64,000 nucleotides of DNA from Octopus vulgaris. Its lineage: Eukaryota. Each line of letters opens with the position of its first letter. Position 1 is the stretch's first letter. The translations under genes and the position numbers were made by a program. The DNA is taken from positions 16,616,001 to 16,680,000 of the forward strand of contig OX597824.1 in assembly GCA_951406725.2 (NCBI GenBank), read 5' to 3'. The notes under the pieces are model-generated. The model was not told where the DNA came from. It saw only the letters and a program-made list of their open reading frames with translations, and searched no databases. This document shows positions 32,427 through 45,170 of the stretch, in pieces.

Positions 32427-32804
32427 GTGGAGGCGCAATGGCCAAGTGATTAGGGCAGCTGACTCGCGGTCGGAGGATCGCGGTTTCGATTCCCAGACCG
32501 GGCGTTGTGTGTGTGTTTATTGAGCGAAAACACCTATAGCTCCAACGTTCTCCAGCAGGGGGGTGGGGTGGCGATCCCTGCTGTACTCTTTCGCCCCAAC
32601 ATTCGCTCACTCTTTCTTCCTGTTTCTTGTCCTCGACTTCCTACGCAACCGCTGAGCCTGGATGCGCATTCATCCATCCGTCGATGCTCTCGGTGTCGGG
32701 GGTTGACCTGCTTTCTCTTCTGCGGGTCTTACGAATAGCAAAGGACCACGTTTCGGACTTCTCCTACTAATGGGACGAAGACCGCTTCGCTCAACAAACA
32801 AACA
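32427..32804 (+). mobile_element. SINE family B, full length, tail type 2 ending (CAAA)n, 13-bp TSD
   Basis: B head GGAGGCGCAATGGCC..GACTCGCGG; TSD AGCA(G/A)CAATACTA at 32413-32425 and 32805-32817. Confidence 0.88.
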
Positions 32805-33164
32805 AGCAACAATACTACGTGGCTGAGAGTGATTCTGTCGGGTGGCACCGAGTTGATGTGAGGCTTTGTGAAAGCCATATAGCATGTGTATGTACGTGCG
32901 TATATATGATAAATTTAATACCTAAAATAAATTTAAATATATTTAATATATCATTAATGCATTAAAAACATTTAATATAACATGCATATCTATCTTTCTC
33001 TCCGTCTATCTACACACGCACATGCGCAAACGCACATACACGCACGAACACACACAAAATACAAATATAATATATAGAAGACGGAAAATGTAAGTTCGCA
33101 TACAGTATCCAAAGAGGTGTCGCTAAACTGTGTGTGGTAGAAAAACTTTACGTCTGTACCACAT

Positions 33165-33420
33165 CCTCATTGTTCGACCGTGGTCGAGACAATGGAATTT
33201 ACTGTGTTACACCAGACCTCACGGTCTATCATAGCATTACGGAGCTCCTGTTGCTGGATGCCTGTATCACTGGAGATTACATCAGTGTAGGAAAGTGTGC
33301 GCCCTCTGGTATCGCGAGCAGATGGCTTCCAGAGGAGAAGAGTAGAAATTACCTCGTTTTCAGCTCTACAACAATGTCCAGCAAACTGAACTCTTCTACC
33401 TTTCACAAAAGATGATACAG
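33165..33420 (-). pseudogene. RTE-clade LINE, 5'-truncated 3' end of ORF
   Basis: PVSSFVKGRRVQFAGHCCRAENEVISTLLLWKP..RGRTLSYTDVISSDTG..ELRNAMIDREVW matches the RR..FAGH..R, RGR and A.DR..W C-terminal signature of RTE elements. Confidence 0.85.
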
Positions 33421-33569
33421 GTGTTATCATATCCACAATTGCAACTGTCGAAATTTGAAGTTTTAACCTGACAAAATTTCACATACAAGCGCCCTGTCAG
33501 ATGAGCATAAAAAAAAAATTAAAAAGCCAGCAATTTTTGCAGGGATAAGTTGATTACATCCACCCCAGA

Positions 33570-33928
33570 GGCGCAGAAGTGGCTGTGTGGTAAGTAGCTT
33601 GCTTACCAACCACATGGTTCCGGGTTCAGGCCAAATGCGTGGCACCTTGGGCAAGTGTCTTCCACTATAGCCTCGGGCAGAGAAAAGCCTTGTGAGTGGA
33701 TTTGGTAGATGGAAACTAAAAGAAGCCCGTCGTATATATGTATGTGTGTATATATATATGTCTGTGTGTTTGTGTGTCTGTGTTTGTCCCACCAACATCG
33801 CTTGACAACCGATACTGGTGTGTTTACGTACCCATCACTTAGCAGTTCGGCAAAAGGGAGCGATAGAATAAGTACTAGGCTTCCAAAGAATAAGTCTTGG
33901 GGTCGATTTGCTCGACTAAAGGCAGTGC
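33570..33928 (+). mobile_element. SINE family A, lacking the extreme 3' end
   Basis: A head through CTCGACTAAAGGC. Confidence 0.9.
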
Positions 33929-34078
33929 TTTCAGTTTCCGTCTACCAAATCCACTCATAAGGCTTTGGTCGGTCCGAGGTTATAGTAGAAGACACCTGCC
34001 CAAGGTGCCACGCAGTGGGACTGAACCCGGAACCATGTGGTTCTTAAGCAAGCTACTTACCACATAGCCACTCCTACG
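33929..34078 (-). mobile_element. SINE family A head, inverted and fused to the preceding copy
   Basis: TTCAGTTTCCGTCTACCAAATCC..CTACTTACCACATAGCCACTCC. Confidence 0.88.
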
Positions 34079-34227
34079 TCTTGCAAGAGACAGTGAGCAA
34101 CACAAGTAGAGAAGGCGATAAATAATTATAAGAAAAAGGAAGGATAAAATCAGTACGAAAGAGAAATATAGAGAGAGAAAAATGGTAAACGTAAACGACT
34201 GGGGAATCCAGCATCACTTTTCTTTCA

Positions 34228-34643
34228 ACTCTCTTTTACTCTTTTACGTGTTTCAGTCATTTGACTGCGGCCATGCTGGAGCACCGCCTTTAGTCGAGAA
34301 AATCGACACCGGGACTTATCCTTTGTAAGCCCAGTACTTATTCTATCGGTGTCTTTTGCCGAACCGCTAAGTGACGGGGACGTAAACACGCCAGCATCGG
34401 TTGTCAAGCAATGCTAGGGGGGAGAAACACAGACACACAAACATACACAAACACACACACATATATATATATACATATGTACGACAGGCTTCTTTCGGTT
34501 TCCGTCTACCAAATCCACTCACAAGGCTTTGGTTGGCCCGAGGCTATAGTAGAAGACACTTGCCCAAGGTCCTACGCAGTGGGACTGAACCCAGAACCAT
34601 GTGGTTGGTAGACAGGCTACTTACCACACAACCACTCCTGCGC
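34228..34643 (-). mobile_element. SINE family A, full length
   Basis: Complete reverse-complement match from head to AAAAGAG tail. Confidence 0.9.
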
Positions 34644-34745
34644 ACAATTTCAATATAATTTAGCCGAAAATGTGCAATATCTTTTCATTCCATATAGTTT
34701 CTAATGGACTCGGGCTGACTGTATTTATGACGTTGCTTCGCTGGA

Positions 34746-34808
<63 letters not shown>

Positions 34809-34852
34809 CATCCTACACATTTGCACACAAATTCAAAAACATAAATACACGC

Positions 34853-34925
<73 letters not shown>

Positions 34926-35099
34926 TATCCATATAAAGATATAGACGTGTGGGCAAAGCAGATTTGGTCGTCGTTACTGACGTATCTGATTCAGGTTCAC
35001 AATAATATCAAACGTTTTAACCTATATATTACTTTTTACACGTTTTAATATATTTTTTTTTAAAGAAATATGCATCAAACTGATTTCCTTTTATTGCTG

Positions 35100-35101
35100 A
35101 T

Positions 35102-35136
<35 letters not shown>

Positions 35137-35207
35137 TATTATTATTATTATTATTGTTATTATTATTATTATTATTATTATTGTTGTTTTTGTTGCTGTT
35201 GTTGTTG

Positions 35208-35260
<53 letters not shown>

Positions 35261-35530
35261 GTCAGAAGAGGTGGTGATTTTAGGAATAAACAAATAAATA
35301 AATAAATAAATAAATAAATACGAACAAAAAATATAATATTGTGAAGTATTGTAACAACAAACAATGGCGTAGATGTTCCGAAATTCTATAGGCATTCATC
35401 GGCATTGTTGCTTTTGTTGTACCGTATGTGATATGACCCTACGCTGCGGCACTTTACATTTTTGTAAACCACACACACACACACATACAGACAACCATAC
35501 ACATGTACATATATATATATATATATAACA

Positions 35531-35598
<68 letters not shown>

Positions 35599-35736
35599 AT
35601 GCTATATATGCTCAATATGGTTTTCTACCTTCCCTTTGCGCTTTCAGTAATTTTCTCGCTTAGTTTTGTCTCTTTCATTCAATTGAAAATTGATAAGGAT
35701 CGTTTTAATGACGAAAAATGAATAGGAATGCGAGTG

Positions 35737-35780
<44 letters not shown>

Positions 35781-36234
35781 TTGGGAGAGAGAGAGAGAGA
35801 GGTAATATAATTTAATGTTCGTAAAAATCCCTTTAAAATATATTTGGCAAAACTTCTCACTCTAGCCGCCGCAATCACCTTCATCTTTATCATTATCATC
35901 ATCATTATCATCACCGTCCTCCCTGCTCCGCTTCCTTCTCCTCCTCCTCATCATTAACATCATCCGTATCGGCGTCATCGCTGTCGCCATCATCATTATC
36001 ATCATGGTCGTGGTCGACATCGACGTCATCGTCTTTATCATCATCGTCGTCGTCGTTATCATCATCATCCACTATCCCACCTTCTTGGTATCCTCCCTTT
36101 CCTTCCCGTGTCCCATCCTCCTCCTCCTCTCCCTCATTATCATTATCATCATCCTCATCGTATTCACCGCCATGTCTGTCATTGTCAAGATGATGATGAT
36201 GATGATGATGGTCATGATAATGATGACGATGATT

Positions 36235-36275
<41 letters not shown>

Positions 36276-36328
36276 AATGGTGATGATGATGGTGATGAAA
36301 AATGACGACATTGACGATGATGTTGATG

Positions 36329-36360
<32 letters not shown>

Positions 36361-36631
36361 GAAGACCATCATTATCATTTTCATCACCATTTTCATTGAC
36401 ATCATCATCATTATCACCAACACCAGTACAACAACGATCACCGGGAGCACCTGCAGCAGCACCAGCACCATAAATCGACATCCCTCCCTCCTCCGCATCT
36501 CCCTCTTCCTCCTACTCATCGACATCATCATCACAAATACATTATTAACATTGTTACTATAGTGGCTGTCGCCAACATCGTCGTTGTTGTTCTTGTTATT
36601 GCGGCTGTGAATGTTAATAGTTTAATGTAAA

Positions 36632-36681
<50 letters not shown>

Positions 36682-36744
36682 TAATAATAATAATAATGAT
36701 AATAATGATAATAATAATAATAATAATAAATAATAATAATAATA

Positions 36745-36801
<57 letters not shown>

Positions 36802-36818
36802 TTAATAATAATAATAAT

Positions 36819-36917
<99 letters not shown>

Positions 36918-36925
36918 TAATAATA
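35100..36925. repeat. Trinucleotide blocks (ATC/GAT)n, (ATT/AAT)n
   Basis: (AAT)n at 36632-36925 and others. Confidence 0.92.
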
Positions 36926-37438
36926 AAAAGACAGGTTATTGAAACTCTAACTAGATATAATGATTTGTGATAAGTCTTATCTCAAATTTCACTTTCAGCC
37001 CATTTGAAGTATTTTTCAACTCATCTTAGTGAAGAGTTTTGCCTTTCTCTATTATTTTTATTTTTTTAAAACTTTTGTTTTATGTATTTTTTCTTTGTCT
37101 CTCTCTCTCTTCATTTCTTTTTTCCTCTCTCTCTCTCTCTCTCTCGTCCAATTGTAAACGTGTTTGAAAATTTTTTCAAAGCTTAACAATTCACAGAACC
37201 TTTTCACAACAGTTCCTCTTTTATTCATCTTGGCAAACACACACTTAACACTTACGAAACATATGAGTACTCGGAACTACACAAAAAAAAAAAAAAACAC
37301 AGATAGCATATATGCAAGCAAAAACACACGCACACACATGGACACACACATTCACAAAATTTTCACTCAAACATCCATATTCTCATTTACTATAGTAATA
37401 TAGCTCCTTACTGTCTTTCAATATATACAGATATATAC

Positions 37439-37498
<60 letters not shown>

Positions 37499-38109
37499 AT
37501 ATATATGTATATATATATAATACACACACATATATATATGTATATATATATATACATTTATATATAACATTATATATAAGTGTATCTATATATATATATA
37601 GAACATTATATATACGTATACATATATGTATATATAGGCATATATATATCTATATATAACATTATATATAAGTGTATATATATATATAGAACATTATATA
37701 TACGTATATATATATGTATATATAGGCATATATATATATCTATATATGACATCATATATACGTTTAAAATATAGCATTAAATATACATACATATGCGTAC
37801 ATACATATATATATACATGTGTGTATATGTATGCGTTTATATATGTATATATATTCATTCACACATTAGAAGATGCATACATCCAGATGTACACACGTAC
37901 ATGTATACGCATTTATCCCAGTGATTGCAATCTTTGAACTCTGCCTATGGCTGAGAAAAAACATTCGTGCGAGTTTGATCGATCATATCAGGTTCCACTG
38001 CGGAATCGATCCCTACTTATTGAATGATGTTAATTTGCCATTCTGGTCTAGAAGGGACGTAACTGTATGTAGCTGGTTGCCTATATTCCCCCAGAAATTT
38101 AGTTCGATA

Positions 38110-38285
38110 AATACCTATTTCTTTACTACCCACAAGGGGCTAAACACAGAGCAGACAAACAAGGACAGACAAACGGATTAAGTCGATTTTATCGACCCCA
38201 GTGCGTAAATGGTACTTAATTTATCGACCCCGAAAGGATGAAAGGCAAAGTCGACCTCGGCGGAATTCGAACTCAGAACGTAACG
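38110..38285 (-). mobile_element. SINE family D unit
   Basis: Reverse complement of the D core and tail. Confidence 0.85.
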
Positions 38286-38557
38286 ATATTTACACCCATA
38301 TACGGTGATGCATTCTGACATACACATATACACGTGCACACACACACACACATGCTCACACACACACATATATATATACTCTTTTACTCTTTTACTTGTT
38401 TCAGTAGTTTGCTGGGGCACCGCCTTTAGTCGAGCAAATCGACTAAAGAGCAAAAGAAAACTTAAACTCCTACATTTACTTCCTACACAGGTTTCTGTTG
38501 TTCTTCGTTGATGATGTTGTCTCAGTCTGAGTATATATGTATATATACACAACGGGT

Positions 38558-38963
38558 ATTCTTTTACTTGTTACAGTCATTTGACTGCGGCCATACTGGA
38601 GCACCGCCTTTAGTCGAGCAAATCGACCCCAGGACTTATTCCTTGGAAGCCTAGTACTTATTCTATCAGTCAATATTGCCGAACCGCTAAGTTACGGGGA
38701 CGTAAACACACCAGCAATTTTGGAGGTACAAACAGACACAACCCTCCCCCACACACACACACATACACACACACATATACATATATGTCCATATATATAT
38801 ATATATACGATGGGCTTCTTTCAGTTTCCGTCTACCAAATCCCTCACAAGGCTTTGGTCGGCCCGAGGCTATAGCAGAAGGCACTTGCCCAAGGTCCCAC
38901 GCAGTGGGACTGAACCCAGAACTATGTGGTTGGGAAGTAAGCTACTTACCACACAGCCACTCC
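38558..38963 (-). mobile_element. SINE family A, near full length
   Basis: Reverse-complement match from head to tail; a small A tail fragment also lies at 38376-38445. Confidence 0.88.
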
Positions 38964-38967
38964 AATT

Positions 38968-39078
38968 TTTCGACTCCGAAAGGATGAAAGGCAAAGTTGA
39001 CTTCAGCGGAATTTGAACTCAGAACGTAGCTAAGCATATCGCTCAGCGTGCTGACTTTTCTGTGAGCTCGCTGCCTTT
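38968..39078 (-). mobile_element. SINE family D, 5' part
   Basis: GAAAGGATGAAAGGCAAAGTTGAC..AATTTGAACTCAGAACG..GAGCTCGCTGCCTT. Confidence 0.75.
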
Positions 39079-39107
39079 AAGCGAGTTAACAATAATAATA
39101 TCAACAA

Positions 39108-39184
<77 letters not shown>

Positions 39185-40059
39185 TATGCGTTTTCCAGTG
39201 TATGTATTTGTGTGTGCGTCTGGATACCCACTCGCGCGTGCACACGTAGGGAGCGGTGTGTAGTTGGTTTATGTATAAGTGTGTCGGGGCGTGTACAAAA
39301 TATCTGTCAGCGAGTAAACCAAAAAACTCTACATGCACTCTTACGAACTAATGGAAATTAGAGACAATTCTCTTATACCTCGCTCACCGACTCACACAGA
39401 AGTGTTCCTAAGAGAGAATGAAATCTTTAAAATGCAGGAAGAACAGACGATCTCTGATGGAATGCATCTGGTTCTAAGTCTTCTCAGCAAGTGTTAATAT
39501 CGGATTAAGAACTCGGACAACAACCATGACTTGAGTTCTTTGACAGCTATCAAACAAAATGTCGCCTTGGATATTTACCTATTCCTTACTTTTTTCTTCA
39601 TTGATATCCCTATACATATCAGCTTCTCTTTTTTGCTCCGTTGATATGTTTTTTTAATTTCGTATTTATGAATTTGTTTTACAAAGATTGCTGATGTGAA
39701 ATCCTGTGTTAAAAAACAGATATTGTTACATATGGGCGATGATCATTCTGTTTCTTGCCAAACAGACTCACGCAATAATGATGATTGTTTTTCTTTGGCA
39801 AGAAAAGGAAAAACGTAACCATCCCTTTATAAAATAATACGTTCTTCCCTTTCCTCGTTGCTCCTTGACTTCACCTGTATCTGTGTATATTTGTACTTGT
39901 ATACTTACAGCTAGCAATATCTAACCATATGTCTATATATGCATATACATATATGTATATATATATGTATATATATATATATATATATATACGTATATAT
40001 ATAAATATGCATATATATATGTATATATATATAACTATATATATATGTATATATATATG

Positions 40060-40110
<51 letters not shown>

Positions 40111-40122
40111 TATATGTATATA

Positions 40123-40178
<56 letters not shown>

Positions 40179-40244
40179 CAATAATAAATCTCTGGGCGAG
40201 GTATAAATAGTAGCTGCACGACATCGTGTAGTATATTTGTTACT

Positions 40245-40545
40245 TAAATGTGGCTAACCCGTAAGGGTGGATGCTACTGTAGCTTGTAGCCCCAGGAGGA
40301 CAACTCCTCCAGCTGGCTATTCATACACTTTCTGTGCCCTATCAGTATTTGCAAAGGGAAGTCATTCTTCTCGTCTTCAACCTATGATACACGCGGACTC
40401 GAGTTTCTGGGTATTGACCCGTCATCAGCACGTGACAATCACAAGTTGTCGATGTAAAGTAGGCCTCTCTTTGCAAATATATTCCCTTTTTCCAGGGACA
40501 AAAAGTCACTGATATGGAAAAAGTGTAAACCACCAATAACAAATG
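40245..40545 (-). mobile_element. Hammerhead-bearing short retroelement (Penelope pLTR or retrozyme-like)
   Basis: Contains the canonical hammerhead below; its downstream part has a sibling with TSD at 18452-18571. Boundaries are approximate. Confidence 0.6.
40390..40434 (-). ncRNA. Type I hammerhead ribozyme, canonical core
   Basis: Minus strand: CACGUG-CUGAUGA-C-GGGU-caau-ACCC-A-GAAA-C-ucga-GUC-CGCGUG. It has a 6-bp stem I, 4-bp stem II, palindromic stem III (ACUCGAGU) and GUC cleavage triplet. Confidence 0.85.
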
Positions 40546-40559
40546 TCTGTTTTCCCTTT

Positions 40560-40620
40560 GCAGTGGGACTGAACCCGGAACCATGTGGCTTGTAAGCAAG
40601 CTACTTACCACACACCCACT
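40560..40620 (-). mobile_element. SINE family A head fragment
   Basis: GCAGTGGGACTGAACCCGGAACCATGTGG..AGCAAGCTACTTACCACAC. Confidence 0.8.
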
Positions 40621-41451
40621 GAATAAGTGCCACTGAACTTGCTTCAGAAATGTTTTCGTCTGCCTTTTGATAAGTCACATGACGAAGTACATCTATACCG
40701 AGTAATACTTTACTACCAGTTGTACAAAATCTCACCCTAGAAAGACCTATGCAGGATGAATCGAAACGATCGTAGGGACTGATAAAGTATAACGTGAATT
40801 CCAGTCTTTCTTTCTCTCTTTGTGTGTATAAATGTGTAAGTGTGTAAGTGTGAAGGGGAGTGTGTAGGGGAGGTGTGTGTGTGTGTTTGGGTATTCATAC
40901 GAAGGAAAATATGGATTGAATAAATCTAGTATAGTAATCACCGACAACATTGAAAAAACCCCACTTAGAATGAACGTGAATCGTCAACGATTTCATTTGC
41001 CACATGTGTTTTATATAGACTGACACGTGGCAAATTCAGACATATGTATCTAATCGATCGCTCAAGTGCTCGACTAAAATGCTATGAGAATGATAGGTAC
41101 CGATATTTTGCCATTAATGTATTTTATGAATACCAGGCACTCGAATTATCTCGAAAGGGAATGAAGCACTGGTCAGGGTCCTAAAAGCAAATACAGTTGT
41201 CGGTGATATATCTTCACACGCATACACATATATGTGTTCATATAACACACACACACGCACACACACATAAAATATAAATAGGGCAAAAATTTAGCCATTT
41301 CTCTACAGACTGACACAATGAAGAACATCCTTAATCGATTTTCGAAACTTATTGGGTTCTCATTTGAGGCGTCTACATCATTCTTAGAGATTCCACCCAG
41401 TACTGCTGCTGTATCTCTCCTTTAGATAGATTTAGAAATAATAACATTTAT

Positions 41452-41586
<135 letters not shown>

Positions 41587-41782
41587 ACTAGGCTGGCCAG
41601 ATTGGACCAATCTCCAAGATTAATCAGCCGAAATTGCACGGAAGATCCGGTTCTTGACTGAGGATAAAAGGCTTCGAATGACCCGTCCTTGTATTTTTGT
41701 ATCGTCTATCTGGATATTTTCTTGTCCCTTTTTGTATCACCTAGTTGTCCGGATGTTTTGCGTTCTTGTCCCATTTTGTATC

Positions 41783-41811
<29 letters not shown>

Positions 41812-41813
<2 letters not shown>

Positions 41814-42005
41814 AAGGGAAAGTTTACGAAAGTAAACAAAAGACGAAGGCAGGTGGTGTACAAACAAACAGTTGGATTAGTATAGCGCTCAGGAATAGAA
41901 AAAGTCTTTTACGTTTCGAGCCTACGCTCTTCTACAGAAAGGTACACAGAAAAAACAAGGAGAGAAAAAAATGTGTGTACTAGCTAACGATCTATCATGG
42001 CGTCT
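41812..42005 (-). mobile_element. Short Penelope-like module ending at (TA)n
   Basis: Hammerhead-like motif followed by ..TTCCTGAGCG.. and a T-rich tail, as in the 42327 module. Confidence 0.6.
41906..41941 (-). ncRNA. Minimal hammerhead-like motif with variant core CUGUAGA
   Basis: Minus strand: CUUU-CUGUAGA-A-GAGC-guag-GCUC-GAAA-CGUA-AAAG; stems I and II are perfect. Confidence 0.6.
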
Positions 42006-42264
42006 GGATTTCCTCTCTGTGTTGAGAAATAGATGCTAAATCGTCTCACCACTCAAGAAGTCACAAACGCATGTGCTGAATTCAAAGCAACAAGCCAACG
42101 GAAATTATTAATAAAACAAATAGCCCTGGATTAGCTAATTTCTGGATTTGCCCTTATAATTATAATTATATATATAATTTCACCTAATTGGTTTGTTTTT
42201 GTATGCTGGCCACCGATAAAATTTTAAAAAAATATTTATCCTGCATTATTGTAATTGAAATATA

Positions 42265-42319
<55 letters not shown>

Positions 42320-42326
42320 ATATATT

Positions 42327-42545
42327 CAATATGTGACCGCGTGTGTACCGTTGCCGATTTTTTCTTCCTCCATCTTCCCTTCGTTGGACCTTTCCTTTTC
42401 CTATGATTCTGACGAAGATCTCCTCTCGAAACGTTAAATCCCACTTCTCTCTTTCTTTTCCTGAGCGTCCAATAACACTATACTTGTTCCACGTCCTCGC
42501 GCTGTTGTGTTTTCTCTTTGTGTTTTCGTGTTTGGATTAACTTTA
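42327..42545 (+). mobile_element. Short Penelope-like module between (TA)n tracts
   Basis: About 220 bp flanked by (TA)n on both sides; carries a hammerhead core. Confidence 0.6.
42405..42440 (+). ncRNA. Minimal type I hammerhead motif
   Basis: GAUU-CUGACGA-A-GAUCUCCUCUC-GAAA-CGUUA-AAUC; stem I GAUU/AAUC, palindrome AACGUU, weak stem II. Confidence 0.65.
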
Positions 42546-42819
42546 TATATATATATATATATATATATTTCAATTATATAATACAGGATAAATACAGGAG
42601 CATATCTCCTGAGAATAGAAGACGCATTATGCAGAAGCAATGTCTATACTGGATTCGAGACTTTGTTCGGATGAATGATCGGAGGATCCCATGGAGAGAA
42701 ATATCAGTTTCGAAAGACTCAGTTCAATCTATCACTTGTAGGTGAAACTGGATAGAGACAAACAGTACTGTAGCCCATCAGGTGGGTCGAAACAGTAATA
42801 GAAAAGATACAACATTGTA

Positions 42820-42962
42820 GCACGCACCCTGTCACATTGAATCTGCCTGAAATTTAGGTTACGGGTATATATATATCTAAGGAATTTTCAATCACTCAGA
42901 CATTCATTTGGGAACAGGTAATTCGGTTAGTCGAACAAAGGAATCCTCATCGTCGCATGAGG
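42820..42962 (+). mobile_element. Old stand-alone copy of the family B type-1 tail
   Basis: TGTCACATTGAAT..GTTACGGGTA..GGAATCCTCATCGTCG aligns by eye to the reverse complement of 3735-3885. Confidence 0.55.
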
Positions 42963-43235
42963 GGCACCCACCATTTTTAACTATCTTTTTCCCCTCTGTT
43001 TTTGTGTGTGAGTATATATAAAGGCGTATGATGTATGTAGTTGAGTCTCTATACTTCTCTGATGCTACATAGATTTTCACATCATCATATCTCTTTCCAT
43101 TCCAATAATGGAATGTGATGCGAAAGCAAGAAAACAGCAGCCTAGACTTTTGAAGATTAAAAAATCATTAATTTTATGCTCGTGTGTGTGCGTATAAGTG
43201 TGTTTATTTGTGTGTATGTGTTTAAGGCGCGCACT

Positions 43236-43267
<32 letters not shown>

Positions 43268-43335
43268 TGTATGTATGTATGTATGTATGTATGTATGTAT
43301 GTATGTATGTATGTATCTATCTATCTATCTATCAG

Positions 43336-43397
<62 letters not shown>

Positions 43398-43849
43398 AGT
43401 GTGTTTGTTTGCTTGTATGTGTGTGTGTGTGTGTGTGTCTGTGTTTCTGTGTTTTTGTACCAATGTCTGTTTTACTGCGAGCGTTTGTCAATCTAAGCAA
43501 TATTTAATGTCATGTGTTCGATGTGGGGGCCAGGCAAGGTAAGTTTCAAATTTTTAAGAGTTTGGGATTTGGGCAGAGATAAAATATTATAGAAAACCCA
43601 TTAAGCATGAATGCAAAGGACCGAGGATGTGGTGGTGGTGATGGTAGGGAAAGATGGAATTGTAGTGGTATTGTAATGGTTGTGGTGTAGATGGTGGTGG
43701 CAGTGATGGCCATAACGTAGATGATGGTATTATCATTTGTGGTATTGGTGTTGGTGGTGGTGGTGGTGACATTAATGTTGATGGGGGCGCTATTAGCCGT
43801 GGGTGTACAGTGAGATTAGCGATGTCGATAGTGGTTATAGATGCGTTGA

Positions 43850-43912
43850 TAATGCTGATGATAATGATGATGATGGTAATGACGATGACGACGAGGATGA
43901 TGATGATGATGT

Positions 43913-43962
<50 letters not shown>

Positions 43963-44209
43963 GTGGTGGTAGTGATGATAATGATGACGATGATAATGAT
44001 GACGATGATGATGGTGATGATAATGATGACGATGATGATGGTGATGATGTTGGTGATGATGATGGATGATGATGATGATGATGATGATGGTGGTGATGAT
44101 GATGCTGATGATGATGATGATGGTGATGATGATAGTAATGATGAGGATGAGGATGATAATGGTGATGATGATGATGATGAAGATGATGATGGTGATGATG
44201 GTGATGATT

Positions 44210-44256
<47 letters not shown>

Positions 44257-44686
44257 TATGATAATATATTGGCGGAGGTGATGGTTGTGGCGATAATGAT
44301 TATGCTCTCGGTTATAGAAGGCGTGACAGTGGTTGTTATGGTGATGGTGGCAGTAGGCGCTGTTTGGATTCGTGAAGCTCATATTGATAAACGACATATA
44401 AAAGATATTGTTGGTGATTGTGTTGGTCCCGATTCGTATTGGTAGTGGTGGTGGTGGTGGCAAAGTTGGAGGAATCGGCGGGGTCAGTGGTGTTGACGAT
44501 TAGTAATGATGAAGATGATGCTTTTTCTGAACTGGCCGTAGTGTTGCTGTCTTCTTCTTCTTCTTCTTCTTCTTCTTCTTCTTCTTCTTCTTCTTCTTCT
44601 TCTTCTTCTTCTTCTTCTTCTTCTTCTTCTTCTTCTTCTTCTTCTTCTTCTTCTTCTTCTTCTTCTTCTTCTTCTTCTTCTTCTTC
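43850..44686. repeat. (GAT)n-rich tract and (TTC)n tract
   Basis: (GAT)n at 43850-44255; (TTC)n at 44550-44686. Confidence 0.95.
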
Positions 44687-45170
44687 CAATCAGGACTCAC
44701 GCCATTAGCCACAAAGAATAATCTAATCTCTAATTCGAGCCTACTCTAAGCTACTAAGAATGCGTGTGGAAACTTGGAAGATTCACCCACCACATGCGAT
44801 ACACTGGCTGTTGCACGGGCGCGAAAGCTACGTAGTTATCCTCATTCCGTAAACGGTGGCTGTTAACGGGTGGAAAGCCGAACCATCCTGGGGTACAGAG
44901 GATTCGCAATCTAGATTAGGGTCTGACAGTTTACCACACCATAGTGGGTTACACCATGGTTCCTCTGCTTTGTGGCAGAAGTAGGAAGAAAGAGTGAGAG
45001 AAAGTTGTGGTGAAAGAATACAGCGGGATTCACCCCCACCCCACACCGGAGTCTCGTGGTGCTTAGGTGTTTTTGCTCAATAAACACTCACAATGCCCGG
45101 TCTGGGAATCGAAACCGCGATTCTTACGACCGCGAGTCCGCTGCCCTAACCACTGGGCCATTGCGCCTCC
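44687..45170 (-). mobile_element. SINE family B, tail type 3 running into (GAA)n
   Basis: B head at 45170 and body to ~44980, then ~290 bp of unrelated sequence abutting the (TTC)n tract. Confidence 0.75.

Noticed and set aside
37873-38181. 102-aa ORF with a non-repetitive middle
   Set aside because: It begins in a microsatellite, ends inside a SINE D, and has no recognisable domain.
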